A stretch of 64,000 bases of DNA. Origin: a virus. Its lineage: Duplodnaviria > Caudoviricetes. Under the pieces are notes generated by a model. It worked only from the letters and a program-made list of their open reading frames with translations. It did no database searches and was not told the origin of the DNA. Of this stretch, positions 42,036 through 52,699 are shown one piece after another. The stretch spans positions 47,318-111,317 of IMG/VR virus record IMGVR_UViG_3300029305_002366. One strand, 5' to 3'. The translations under genes were made by a program, and so were the position numbers. Numbering within the stretch: the first letter of the stretch is position 1; the number at the start of each line of letters is the position of its first letter.

Positions 42036-42125
42036 GGGGCAATGGCGAAGTTGGATGAAACGCATTGGTCTTAAAAACCAATACCCATGTGGTAAACACC
42101 GAGGGTTCGATTCCCTCTTGCCCCA
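42036..42125 (+). tRNA. tRNA-Leu(TAA)
   Basis: GGGGCAA/TTGCCCC, TTGGT-CTTAAAA-ACCAA, long variable arm, GGTTCGATTCC; no encoded CCA. Confidence 0.85.
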
Positions 42126-42485
42126 CTTTATTTTTTTATATCAAAACAAGGAGTGAATTGTAAATGAGTAGATTCTACAAATTGAATAGTCGTGACGAGT
42201 TTATTTCTTTTGTGGAAAAAATGAGAGATAATTTTGATTGTCCCGAAGATTGGGAGCAGTTCTTTGGGATTAGATTAAAAACCGATGAAGAAGGAAATGA
42301 ACTTGAAACTCTTAGAGAGTATGCACAAGAACATAATATTGATAGTGAGCCGTGGAGTTATGAATATCCAGTTATTCTTTATTGCAATATAGCTTATGAC
42401 CGTGATAGGTTTGGGAGATGCGGTATAAGGATTCTCGAAATGGAATCTTTAAATAATTTATAATTTTATAAGGAGGAAATAAGAA

Positions 42486-42821
42486 ATGAGTAAATTAAGA
42501 GTATGGTGGGTATCACAGATGGGAACAGATGCTATTCATATTCCTGTACAGTCAGTGAAAGAAGCCAAGAAAACAATGGATTTACTTTCATATTTTGATT
42601 GCTTTCAGTATAATCAGCATATCAGACCTGATTATAGTAATACAGGCGGTCTTGAAATGTATGATGAGGAAACACAGGAATGGTGTGACTGGGTATACGA
42701 AGATGATAATGAATATATCGAGGACATTGATGAATGGTGCGAGAAGTTCCTTTCAAAAGACGAACAGGAAGAACTTAAAAATTATGAGAACACACTTCGC
42801 TCTCAGGTAAGATTTGATTAA
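42486..42821 (+). CDS. P22 gp17-like (superinfection exclusion-related) protein
   Basis: KLRVWW.SQ...FQYNQHIRPDYSNTGGLEMYD...WCDW pattern. Confidence 0.6.
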   Translation: MSKLRVWWVSQMGTDAIHIPVQSVKEAKKTMDLLSYFDCFQYNQHIRPDYSNTGGLEMYDEETQEWCDWVYEDDNEYIEDIDEWCEKFLSKDEQEELKNYENTLRSQVRFD

Positions 42822-43653
42822 GGAGGAAATAGTATGATGACCATTGTCGAAAGGATAGAATTACTTGAATCACAGATAGCAGAAACCAATAAACTGCTTG
42901 CAGAGATAAAGAAAGAAAGGGAAAACGAAGAAAAGGAAAACACAGAAAGCGTTCTTGCTGAATACTGGGATGCTATTAATAATAAGGATAATTACTATAT
43001 AAATTCATTTAATAATATTCTTAAATGTGAAGCTAATAACAGTATTGATGAAGATGATTACTCCAATTATCCTACAAAAGAATATGCAGAACAGGCACAG
43101 AAGATAAAAGAGTTCAATGATAAACTCTTGGCTTTCAAATGGTGTTATGACAGAGACTATAAGCCTGTTTTCTCAGGTGATTACGATAATCGTGCCTACT
43201 ATATATATTTTGATTCGGAATATGGAAAGTATGATTGGGACTGGGAAAGTGTATGTGATAGAAATGTTATTTATTTCAGTTCAAAAGAAATCATACAGAA
43301 ATGCTGTGATTGGTTAAACGCAGAAATGGAGGAAGAATAATTATGGAAAATACAATTACAAACAATGTTGTGCTTGAAAAGAAAATGGATTGTTATAGCA
43401 ATAATAATCTTGATAACTTTACAGCACCACAGGAACTTACAGTTACGGTTACACTTCACGAATACCGTAACCTTGTCGAAGAAGTAGCAACAAAGAAACA
43501 GGATATTGATAAAGCTAATCGGGACAAGTACGAAAGAGACTGTGAGAACAGAAAACTCAAAGAAGAAGTGGCGAAACTCAAAGAGGAAATATATAATTTA
43601 AGGTCTGAATCAACACCAAAGGTTGATAATCCTGCGGAAAGGGGTGAGTTTTA

Positions 43654-44184
43654 ATGAGCAAAACAGTAATCAGAAACGGAATGTTTGAGACAAATAGTTC
43701 AAGTGTACATTCGATATGCATTTCAAAGAAGCCAGTTGGTGATGTTAAGGGAAAGAAAATCTCTTTTTATCTTGGAGAATATGGATGGGAAAATGAGACT
43801 GTTGATACACCAGATTATCTTTATACTGCTATTATGTGCCAGAGCCTTTCCGATTATCTTCTCGATAAGCTGAAATCAATTCTTGACAAGTATGAAATTG
43901 ATTATACATTTCAGCCAGAGGAAAAGGCTTCTCGTTGGTGGGGAATTGACCACTCAGAAGATACAATTGATTTCATAAATGCTGTACTTGAAGATGAGGA
44001 TTTACTTCTTAGGTGTTTGTTTAATGATGATTCTGTTGTATATACAGGAAATGATAACTGTGGTAGCAAGAATTATCTTGATACTTGTTTTATAGGTGAA
44101 GAATATTACTGGGGTGATGGTGGTGAAAAACCTAATCCATATCACGATTCAGAAAACTTTGATTATTTTGTAAAGGGAAACTAA
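43654..44184 (+). CDS. FETNSSSxHS-motif protein
   Basis: N-terminal IRNGMFETNSSSVHS. Confidence 0.75.
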   Translation: MSKTVIRNGMFETNSSSVHSICISKKPVGDVKGKKISFYLGEYGWENETVDTPDYLYTAIMCQSLSDYLLDKLKSILDKYEIDYTFQPEEKASRWWGIDHSEDTIDFINAVLEDEDLLLRCLFNDDSVVYTGNDNCGSKNYLDTCFIGEEYYWGDGGEKPNPYHDSENFDYFVKGN

Positions 44185-44196
44185 GGAGAGATAAGC

Positions 44197-44508
44197 ATGA
44201 AAGAAGTAATTCGCAGAGGTATTTTTGAAACAAACAGCAGTTCAGTTCATTCGCTTACAATGTGTTCTGATGATGAGTATACGAAGTGGAGAAATGGTGA
44301 AGCATATTATGATAGATATGCAAAGCAAATTGTTGAATCAACTGAGGAAATTGAAAAGGAAAGAGAAAATGATGGAAGATATTCACAGTATTTAACATAT
44401 GATGAATTTCATGATTGGGACTATATTGAATACGAAACATTTTCAGAGAGATATACTACACCTAATGGTGAAACAGTTGTTGCGTTTGGTTACTATGGAC
44501 ACGATTAA
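44197..44508 (+). CDS. FETNSSSxHS-motif protein (paralog)
   Basis: N-terminal IRRGIFETNSSSVHS. Confidence 0.75.
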   Translation: MKEVIRRGIFETNSSSVHSLTMCSDDEYTKWRNGEAYYDRYAKQIVESTEEIEKERENDGRYSQYLTYDEFHDWDYIEYETFSERYTTPNGETVVAFGYYGHD

Positions 44509-44581
44509 TAATTAATATAGGAGCGTATGCTCCTAATACATACTCCGTTTTAGGAGAAGAAATAATTTAGGAGGAAATACT

Positions 44582-45490
44582 ATGAAACTTTTAGCAAGAT
44601 ACAAGAATGGAAATGTAAGTGTGATACGTTGGGATGATGGTACAACTGTTAGACGTACTGAGGATGATGAGTTCAGACCTGTCTTTGCAGAAAACGTAGA
44701 TTGTAAGATTACGGATAGATGTGATGGCGGTTGTCAGTTCTGTTATGAGGGTTGCACTACGTTAGGTAAGCATGGAGATATAATGAATGATAAGTTTATT
44801 GATTCACTTCATCCGTATACAGAAATGGCTCTCAACGGCAATGACCTTTCACATCCATACCTTATAGCTTTTCTTTCAAAGTTAAAGGAGAAGAAAGTTA
44901 TTGCAAATCTGACAGTAAACCAGATTCATTTTGAAAGATTCTACTATTTTATCAAGGAACTTCTTGATAAGAAGTTAATATGGGGACTTGGTATTTCTTT
45001 AAGAGAACCTACGGATGCTTTTATCAATCTTGTAAAGACCATTCCTAATGCGGTTATCCATACTATCAATGGAATCCTTACGGAGAATGACCTTGATAGA
45101 CTTGCCAATCACGATTTAAAGATTCTGATACTTGGATATAAAACAACAGGCAGAGGTCTTGAATATCGTTCAAACAATCTTAAAGAACTCGGAAAGAACA
45201 CAACTTATCTTGGATTTATGCTCCCTACAATTGTAAAAGAAGGATGGTTTAAGAATCTTTCATTTGACAATCTCGCAATTAAACAGCTTGATGTTAAGCG
45301 ATTAATGAGTGAAGAAGAATGGGAAAGATTCTACATGGGTGACGATGGTACGTTTACCTTTTATATTGACCTTGTTAATCAGACATTCTCAAAGAACAGT
45401 GTTATTGCAAAGGTAAAGAGCATACCGATTAACGGAATGACCATTGATGAAATGTTTGAGATTGTAAAGACTACAAATTGGGAGGATTGA
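44582..45490 (+). CDS. radical SAM protein
   Basis: CxxxCxxC motif CDGGCQFCYE. Confidence 0.88.
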   Translation: MKLLARYKNGNVSVIRWDDGTTVRRTEDDEFRPVFAENVDCKITDRCDGGCQFCYEGCTTLGKHGDIMNDKFIDSLHPYTEMALNGNDLSHPYLIAFLSKLKEKKVIANLTVNQIHFERFYYFIKELLDKKLIWGLGISLREPTDAFINLVKTIPNAVIHTINGILTENDLDRLANHDLKILILGYKTTGRGLEYRSNNLKELGKNTTYLGFMLPTIVKEGWFKNLSFDNLAIKQLDVKRLMSEEEWERFYMGDDGTFTFYIDLVNQTFSKNSVIAKVKSIPINGMTIDEMFEIVKTTNWED

Positions 45491-45879
45491 GATGGTTAAA
45501 ATCTTATTGGGGCTTCTTACGCTTGGCGGTTGTTTTATCATACTACTTATTATCATGGCTATATTTTATCTAATGGTATTATTGGCAATCGAGATTAAAG
45601 GTGTAATCGAAGAACTGATGGATAAGGAATAATGAACCAAGATAAATATGAGGATTAGTAAGGAGGTTGTGTTATGAGCAACACAAAAAAGATTAAGAGA
45701 AAATATTACAGAAAATGTGGGCTATGTGGTGAACGCCACGAACAGTCAGAGATGATACGCACAGAGTGTTCTCCTAATGGGTGGATTTGTAAGGAGTGCA
45801 GGTGGAAAGAACACCCAGAATATGAAGTGGAGTTCGATGACTAAGAAATAGAAGTCTTGTTTAATTATGAGGTGATGAT

Positions 45880-48228
45880 ATGCCAAACGATGTTTGGTTT
45901 TATTGCAAAGTGGATTTGACAGTATTAAGACATAAAAGCACAAGTTATTCGCTTGGGAATGATGGGTATTGGTATCCTTGTATTTCTAAAAGTTGTGAAG
46001 GGTATATAGCTATCTTTAAAGACGGTTACAGCGAAAAGGTTACAGTTTTCAAAAATTCTTATGAACATCCTTGTTCTGTAAGACTAAAGTTTGACATAGA
46101 AACAAGAACACTTTATATAGATACTTCAAGTATGTTTGGTTGTGGTAGAGTTTCTTTCAAGATTATAGAATATAAATCCGATATGATTAAATGTTATGTT
46201 CCAAGAGCAACACAATTATTGAAAGAATATAAAGAGTTCAAAATAAAATTAAGAAAAATAAAAGAATGATTTTTAAGGAGAGTAAAATGAGCAGTTTTTG
46301 TTTAAGACAAGAAGAACCACATATCGGTGATACCGCAACGCATACTTTATATGGAACTGTTTACTTAGTAGGTAAACTTAAAGTTGAAGATAGCCATGAA
46401 ACCTTCTGGCTTGTTGAACTTCTTTATGAAAATAATGAATTAAAAATCGTGCGAGAAAACGACCTTGAAGATATAGGTTACTATGGGGATTGAGATGAAA
46501 GGAGTATTTTTATGGATGAGAGACTTAAAGCAATATTGGAGCAAGCAAATGAAAATTATACCAATGGTGCGAAGGTAGCTTTAAAAATCGTATCTGAACA
46601 GTCACCCACCGCTACCGAAAAGCTTTTAGGTACGCTTGTACAGATAGAAGTAACTAACGGTTGCATATTAGCAGAGATATTATCATTACTGAATACACCA
46701 AAGGACGGTGATACTAATGGCTGAGTATGAGTATTATATACAGGACAAAACGGCAGAACTTAATAAGCGTGTTAACGATGCGTTTACAGAACTTGATACT
46801 CAGAGAAACAGAATGAGTGGACTTACAAAAGAGTGTAATGAACTTAAACAGGAACTTTTACATTTACAGGAAGAACAGAAGTCAAACCTTTTTCAGACAC
46901 GTATTCTTACAGGAGTATTGGTTGGATTTGCAATTATGAGATTAGTATTATTATTCATATAATAGAATTTCACTTTTATGAGGAGGTTTAAAATGAAAAA
47001 ATATCCATTACCACCAGAAGATAGGATTGCTTCGCTTTATTCAAAATTTCAAAACGAGAAGCCAGTCATAAATCCAACTTCAAGATTTTATACAGATTGT
47101 GCAGAGTGTGCCGCAGAACACCGTCAACTGGTAAAGACCACAATAGATATGTTTTACGAGATGGCTTTAATGGCGTTTTACGATGGTCATATAGCAATAT
47201 ATGTCGATAATAAAGAAGCGGCTGATGTTCTTTATAGATTTTGTTGGGACTATCCAATAGAGATGGATTACCCTAACGGAGAAGGTCACGGAATACAAAT
47301 AGATTACACTTATAAGGTCGCATTTGTCGAATATGTTAATAGGCACACAGGTCAGAAGGGAACAAGACGTATACTCCTACGATATAAAGGCAAAAATGAT
47401 GCGTGTCAGGTTGATATTCTTAATGCAGGAAATGTGTTTAGGGAGGATTGAAAATGACACTTGATGAAGCAATAGAAGAACGTTTGAAAGTTATCAAAGT
47501 ACAAGAAAAACTATATGAAGAATCTTATTCCGATGAATCAAAGGAAATAATAAAAAGTGCTATAGATAATGACCGTCAGCTTGCAGAGTGGCTTATGGAA
47601 GCTAAAGACCTAAGAGAAGAAAACATATATCTGATAAGCGAGTTCGACAGACTGATAAAGGAAAATGGAGAGCAGATAGCAGAGTACAAGCGACTTCTGA
47701 AAGCGGCGGTTGAGGATATTCATGATGTGCTAAGTAGTCAAATAAAAATCACAAACTATACACTCTGCGAGAAATGTAAACATTATCTGAACTGTAATTG
47801 TAAAGACAAATGCATGGCGAGATATAATTTAAAACAATGGCGTTTTGCTGATGAAGCCTTAAAGCTGATAGGAGATGAATCAAGTGGGGTATAAATCATA
47901 TAGTGATAGCTACCTTATGTCACTAACAAAGGCTCAGATTATAGAACTTCTAAGAGTTGCAGAGCATAACTTCTTCACAACAGAAGAAGCCTTAAACAAT
48001 TCAGTAAAGACAGGAACGGAGATAGCGGAGAAGTTTGATAAGGCGAAGGAACTGCTGAAAGCGGCAGTTGAGGATTTTAATAAATCTCTCGGTGCTATGT
48101 ATACTTGTCCTTATTGTAAATACGTAAAGAGAAAACGTGAAGTATGTGCATCAAGAAAAGAACAATATTGTGGAGACATATGCGAATGGAGATACGCAGA
48201 CGAAGCGTTAAAGATTGTAGGAGAATGA
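45880..48228 (+). CDS. run of small hypothetical ORFs incl. two Cys-rich paralogs (47448-47894, 47875-48228)
   Basis: co-oriented ORFs; shared LLKAAVED...CxxC...W.ADEALK.GE motif. Confidence 0.65.
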
Positions 48229-48229
48229 T

Positions 48230-48622
48230 ATGGAACATATAGTTAAACTTAATATAGATGAATGGCAGTTATTTGAAATGCTATGCAAAGAACTTCACAT
48301 GGGTTTTGTTCTTGATACTGAAAGAAAATTTTATATTAACAATGGTCAGGTATGTAGCATGGAGAATGGTGCTGAAAAGGTATACGATGATAGGGCGAAT
48401 TTGTTTGTCGCTTTAAGAAATACGTTGGTGCAAATGAGTCCTAATTCAGAGTGCAGAAGTGAAAAACATATTTTTAATTACGAATACTGTGGTGACATAA
48501 AGATTGCAATGCCAAAGATAGGCTGTGGCTTAGACAGACTTAAATGGAATGATGTAGAACAGATTATTAAAGAAGTATTCGCTGATACAGATATTGAAAT
48601 TCTTGTGTGTGATTGGAAGTGA
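48230..48622 (+). CDS. protein with partial C-terminal macrodomain segment
   Basis: IAMPKIGCGLDRLKWNDVEQIIKEVF. Confidence 0.6.
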   Translation: MEHIVKLNIDEWQLFEMLCKELHMGFVLDTERKFYINNGQVCSMENGAEKVYDDRANLFVALRNTLVQMSPNSECRSEKHIFNYEYCGDIKIAMPKIGCGLDRLKWNDVEQIIKEVFADTDIEILVCDWK

Positions 48623-48626
48623 TTAT

Positions 48627-49034
48627 ATGAGAGAAATATTATTCCGAGCAAAACTTAAAGATGATTATTTTAACAAAGGGTGGCAGTATGGTTTTGTTCA
48701 TTGTACTTGGTTTACAGGCAGTATATTTAAGTATTGGCTAACCCCTATTAAAAAAGAAAATTTAACCACATCTGATACTGTGTGTGTGAATCCCGAAACC
48801 ATATGTGAATATACAGGTTTAACTGATAAGAACGGCACTAAGATATTTGAGGGAGATATTGTAAAAACAAATCAATACCAACGGTCAATTGGCACTGATA
48901 CATTTATTATTGAATTTGTCGAAGGCAATTATTATCTATGTCATGACGGATGTACATTATGGACATTACGTTCGTTTATAGAAGAAGTGGAAGTAATTGG
49001 AAATAAATATGATAATCTCGAATTAATAAGTTAG
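48627..49034 (+). CDS. YopX family protein
   Basis: MREILFRAK...EYTGLTDKNGTKIFEGDIV...EVIGNKYDN. Confidence 0.9.
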   Translation: MREILFRAKLKDDYFNKGWQYGFVHCTWFTGSIFKYWLTPIKKENLTTSDTVCVNPETICEYTGLTDKNGTKIFEGDIVKTNQYQRSIGTDTFIIEFVEGNYYLCHDGCTLWTLRSFIEEVEVIGNKYDNLELIS

Positions 49035-49055
49035 AATAAAGGAGTGTGAATTAAT

Positions 49056-49667
49056 ATGAGTTTATCAGGTGGTCAACTTTCGGGTGGTAATTCAAATACC
49101 CAAAGGGCTGAGAATGATTTTTATGCAACAGACCCAGTAGCAGTTGTGGATTTGCTTGATTCTTTTCACAAAGATGGGGTATATTATAGCCACAACAATT
49201 GTCTTGAACCTTGTGTTGGTACAGGAAATATTATAACAGCAATGGATGCAATTGACATATGCCCTCAATGGACTTATCTTGATATAGTAGATAGAGGTTA
49301 TCTTGGCACATTGATTCAAAATTATCTTACGTGGGAAACAGATGAAAGGTTTGATTTTATAATTACAAATCCACCATATTCTTTAGCATCTGAGTTCGTA
49401 GAAAAGAGCATGAAGCTACTTGACAATAATGGTATGTGCTGTATGTTCTTGAAGCTACAATTCCTTGAAGGAGCAAAACGTAAAGAGTTGTTCAGAAAAT
49501 ACCCACCAAAGTACATTTACGTTTTTAGAAACCGTATGGCTACATGGAAGAACGGATTTAAGAAGAATCCTGATACTGGCAAAAAGTGGGCTGAAACAAT
49601 TTGTTTCGCATGGTTCGTGTGGGTTAAGGGAAGTTTTACTGAGCCTGTAATAAGGTGGATTGATTAA
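49056..49667 (+). CDS. N6-adenine DNA methyltransferase
   Basis: DFYAT, LEPCVGTG, IITNPPY, FAWFVW. Confidence 0.9.
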   Translation: MSLSGGQLSGGNSNTQRAENDFYATDPVAVVDLLDSFHKDGVYYSHNNCLEPCVGTGNIITAMDAIDICPQWTYLDIVDRGYLGTLIQNYLTWETDERFDFIITNPPYSLASEFVEKSMKLLDNNGMCCMFLKLQFLEGAKRKELFRKYPPKYIYVFRNRMATWKNGFKKNPDTGKKWAETICFAWFVWVKGSFTEPVIRWID

Positions 49668-49696
49668 GTTAAAATAAAAAAATATTTCTTAAAGGG

Positions 49697-49725
49697 TTGA
49701 CAAAGAGTGAATAATATAGTATAAT
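49697..49725 (+). promoter_or_regulatory. sigmaA promoter of the replication operon
   Basis: TTGACA-AAGAGTGAATAATATAG-TATAAT. Confidence 0.85.
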
Positions 49726-49833
49726 ATATATGTAGTCAAGATGATTTATTTCTTAACTACAAAGAGTAAAATGTATATTACGGTTTAACCGTTTTATAAA
49801 TATCAATTATATTTTAAAAGGAGAAGATAAACT

Positions 49834-50880
49834 ATGGCAACAAAGAATCCCAATCATGATTTACAGCAGACCAATGGCTCGTTTCAGTTCAGAGGAATTG
49901 TAACAGGCACAGCAAAGGATGGCTTTTACAAGGAGATTACTACCAAGAGCAATAAGCCAATGAGAATGGTGAACTTCGGTGTTGAATATGACAAGGATAA
50001 GAGGTCATTCATTTCACTCAATGGTATGGTAAAGGACAAGGTTCATTTCTCAAAGCAGACTGAAAAGGATGGAAAGAAAACAACAGATGTAAAGCCTGTT
50101 GACTGGTCAGATAGATTTAACTTTAACGAGGAAGGATATAACCTTATCGGTGTTCGTCTTGGTCTTGAAAAGATTACTGATGATAATGGCAAGACTGCCA
50201 ATAAGAAGGAAACTCTTTCCGAGTATGATGCTTGTGGTGCAATCGGAACTAATCTTAATGATGGTCAGAGCGTGTTTATTAAGGGCAAGATTGAGTATAG
50301 CACATATAAGGAAAAGCACCAGAGCAAGTTCGTTCCACAGCAGATAAGTCTTTGTTCAAGTGATATTGATTTCGAGGACGAGAAGTTTGAATCTGTAAAT
50401 AACTTCACTCAGCAGATTGTCTACATGGGTATCGCAAAGGACAAGGAGTGCAAGGACAGAGATAAGTTTATTATTTCAGCCAAGATTATTGGCTATTCTT
50501 CCATTGAAGATTTTGAATTTGTAACTTATCACGCTAAACTGGCAAGCAACTTAAAGAAGTTAAAGCCATATACTGCAATTACTGTGTATGGTGATATCGA
50601 AACTGTAACATCTGTTGAAGAAGTTGAGGATGAAGATGACGGTTGGGGCGAATCAAATAAGATGGAGCGTGTTAATCAGCCATTTGTACAGGAACTTGTT
50701 GTTACTGGTGCAGACAAGGATAGTATTGATACAGAACTTTATTCTGAGGAATCTGTTGAAGGTGCTATTGCAAAGCTGAACGCTAAGAACAAGGCACAGA
50801 ATGAGTTCAGTGGTAAGGATTCTGATGATGACTGGGGTTCAGTTGGAAGTAAGGCTACAGATGAGGATGATGAATGGTAA
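49834..50880 (+). CDS. putative ssDNA-binding protein (SPbeta YorF-like)
   Basis: OB-like segments, acidic DDDW tail, first gene of the replication block. Confidence 0.55.
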   Translation: MATKNPNHDLQQTNGSFQFRGIVTGTAKDGFYKEITTKSNKPMRMVNFGVEYDKDKRSFISLNGMVKDKVHFSKQTEKDGKKTTDVKPVDWSDRFNFNEEGYNLIGVRLGLEKITDDNGKTANKKETLSEYDACGAIGTNLNDGQSVFIKGKIEYSTYKEKHQSKFVPQQISLCSSDIDFEDEKFESVNNFTQQIVYMGIAKDKECKDRDKFIISAKIIGYSSIEDFEFVTYHAKLASNLKKLKPYTAITVYGDIETVTSVEEVEDEDDGWGESNKMERVNQPFVQELVVTGADKDSIDTELYSEESVEGAIAKLNAKNKAQNEFSGKDSDDDWGSVGSKATDEDDEW

Positions 50881-50955
50881 TTAATTTTACCATTCATCAT
50901 AGAGTAAATTGTACACGTAGAAAGTATTTATAAAATCAAAGGAGAATGATTAATT

Positions 50956-52131
50956 ATGGCAACAGCAAGAAAGGCATCAGCAACACAGAGTAAGTTGGCT
51001 ATGGTACTTTACGGAGAACAGTTCACAGGCAAGTCTACAATGGCTATGCAGTTAGCTTATTTTAAGCGACCAGATGGTAAGCCATTCAGAGTGCTTTATC
51101 TTGACCCTGAGAGTGGTTCAATTGATGACTACCTCCCTGACCTTGAAGAAAACGGAATTGACCTCGGCAATATTTATATCGTTTATACTCAGTCGCTTGG
51201 CGAAGTACAGGAGTATATTAAAAAGGCAAAAACAGGTGAAGATTATTACGAACTTGACGAAGATGGTAATGAAACAGATGAGGTTGTAACTGATGCTGAC
51301 GGAGAACCATTCAGACCAGATGCTATCGTAATTGATGGTACGACTATTCTTAACCTTTCTACTAAGCAGAGCCTTGTAGAATTTTCTAAGAAGCGTAATT
51401 CAGTTAAGGCAAAGGCACAGGGACTTGTTGGTGATGAGAGACTTGTTAAGATTGAAGGTGCAGGTCTTGAACTTAAAGATTACAATACTATTAACTTTAA
51501 GGGACAGGATTTAATTCTTGACCTTATGGGATGTGGTAAGCATTTCATCGTTACTGCAAGAGAAACAGACGAAAAGGTATCTGTAAAACAGCCTGATGGT
51601 TCTGTAACAAGTGTAGTTACTGGTAGAAAGAAGCCTGATGGATTTAAGGATTTAGGATATAATGCCAAGACAGTAATCCGTATGTTCCGTGATGAAGATG
51701 GCAATGTGTGTGGACACGTTGAAAAGGATAGAACTCACGTACACGAAGATAACGCAATTCTTGTTGACCCAACTCTTGTTGATTGGCAGAGTGTAATTGA
51801 CAAGACCGCTAAAAATAAGGAATTTGCTGTCAAGAACAGCCTTGTGCAGAGCGTAGAAAAGGAACAGGATATCTATTCAAGAGAGGTTCTTGGCACAGCA
51901 GGTAAGCCAATTGATAAGACAGATAATACAACAAAGGAAACTGAAACAACCACAAGCGAAGTCGATGATATCAAGGCACAGATTTCAGTAAAGCAGAAGT
52001 CACTTAATCCAATGCAGAAGTCAAAGGCAAAGCAGGCTCTTACAGATGCAGGACTTCCTACAGCCACAAAGAACATTGATGATATTGAGACTTTAAAGAA
52101 GTATCTTGATACTATTTCAAGTATTAAGTAA
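50956..52131 (+). CDS. AAA_24/Sak4-like ATPase (YorG-like)
   Basis: Walker A GEQFTGKST, LYLDPE, Walker B IVIDG. Confidence 0.8.
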   Translation: MATARKASATQSKLAMVLYGEQFTGKSTMAMQLAYFKRPDGKPFRVLYLDPESGSIDDYLPDLEENGIDLGNIYIVYTQSLGEVQEYIKKAKTGEDYYELDEDGNETDEVVTDADGEPFRPDAIVIDGTTILNLSTKQSLVEFSKKRNSVKAKAQGLVGDERLVKIEGAGLELKDYNTINFKGQDLILDLMGCGKHFIVTARETDEKVSVKQPDGSVTSVVTGRKKPDGFKDLGYNAKTVIRMFRDEDGNVCGHVEKDRTHVHEDNAILVDPTLVDWQSVIDKTAKNKEFAVKNSLVQSVEKEQDIYSREVLGTAGKPIDKTDNTTKETETTTSEVDDIKAQISVKQKSLNPMQKSKAKQALTDAGLPTATKNIDDIETLKKYLDTISSIK

Positions 52132-52192
52132 TAACATTATGGAATGGGGCAAGGCAATAGTCTTGCCTGTTATTCCATGAAGGGAGTTTGTT

Positions 52193-52690
52193 ATGGCAAA
52201 TAAATCAAAAACTGATAAGCCTAAAAGATATAAACGAACAAGGGAAGAAATAGAGTGTTGCGATAAACTGTATGATTTTATTTACAAAGAATATAATGTG
52301 TCCACACTTCCTCAATATGTATTTATGCAAATAACCTCACTATACAAGGGTGAGTACACTAAGAATACAAAAGAGCCATTACAAATATCAATCTTTGATT
52401 TATACGATATGTGGCAACGCAAAATGGATTACTTGAAGCAGACGTATGAGTATAACAAAACTCACGGTAAGGATATGTACGGAGCAAACAGGGTATGTTA
52501 TGACCTTGCTATTCTAATTAATAAGTACGATTCATATAAGCGTTGGAAAGAAAAGCAGAACGCAATTCACGAACAGGAAAAGACTTTCGCAGAACAGACC
52601 AAACGAATGAAAGCTATTTCAGTAGTTAAGCCTATACAGATACAAACTCCAAATGAAACAGATATATCCGATATAATAGATGAGATATGA
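52193..52690 (+). CDS. YorH-like hypothetical protein (possible helicase loader)
   Basis: position between the ATPase and helicase; DISDIIDEI tail. Confidence 0.55.
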   Translation: MANKSKTDKPKRYKRTREEIECCDKLYDFIYKEYNVSTLPQYVFMQITSLYKGEYTKNTKEPLQISIFDLYDMWQRKMDYLKQTYEYNKTHGKDMYGANRVCYDLAILINKYDSYKRWKEKQNAIHEQEKTFAEQTKRMKAISVVKPIQIQTPNETDISDIIDEI

Positions 52691-52699
52691 GGTGGTAGT

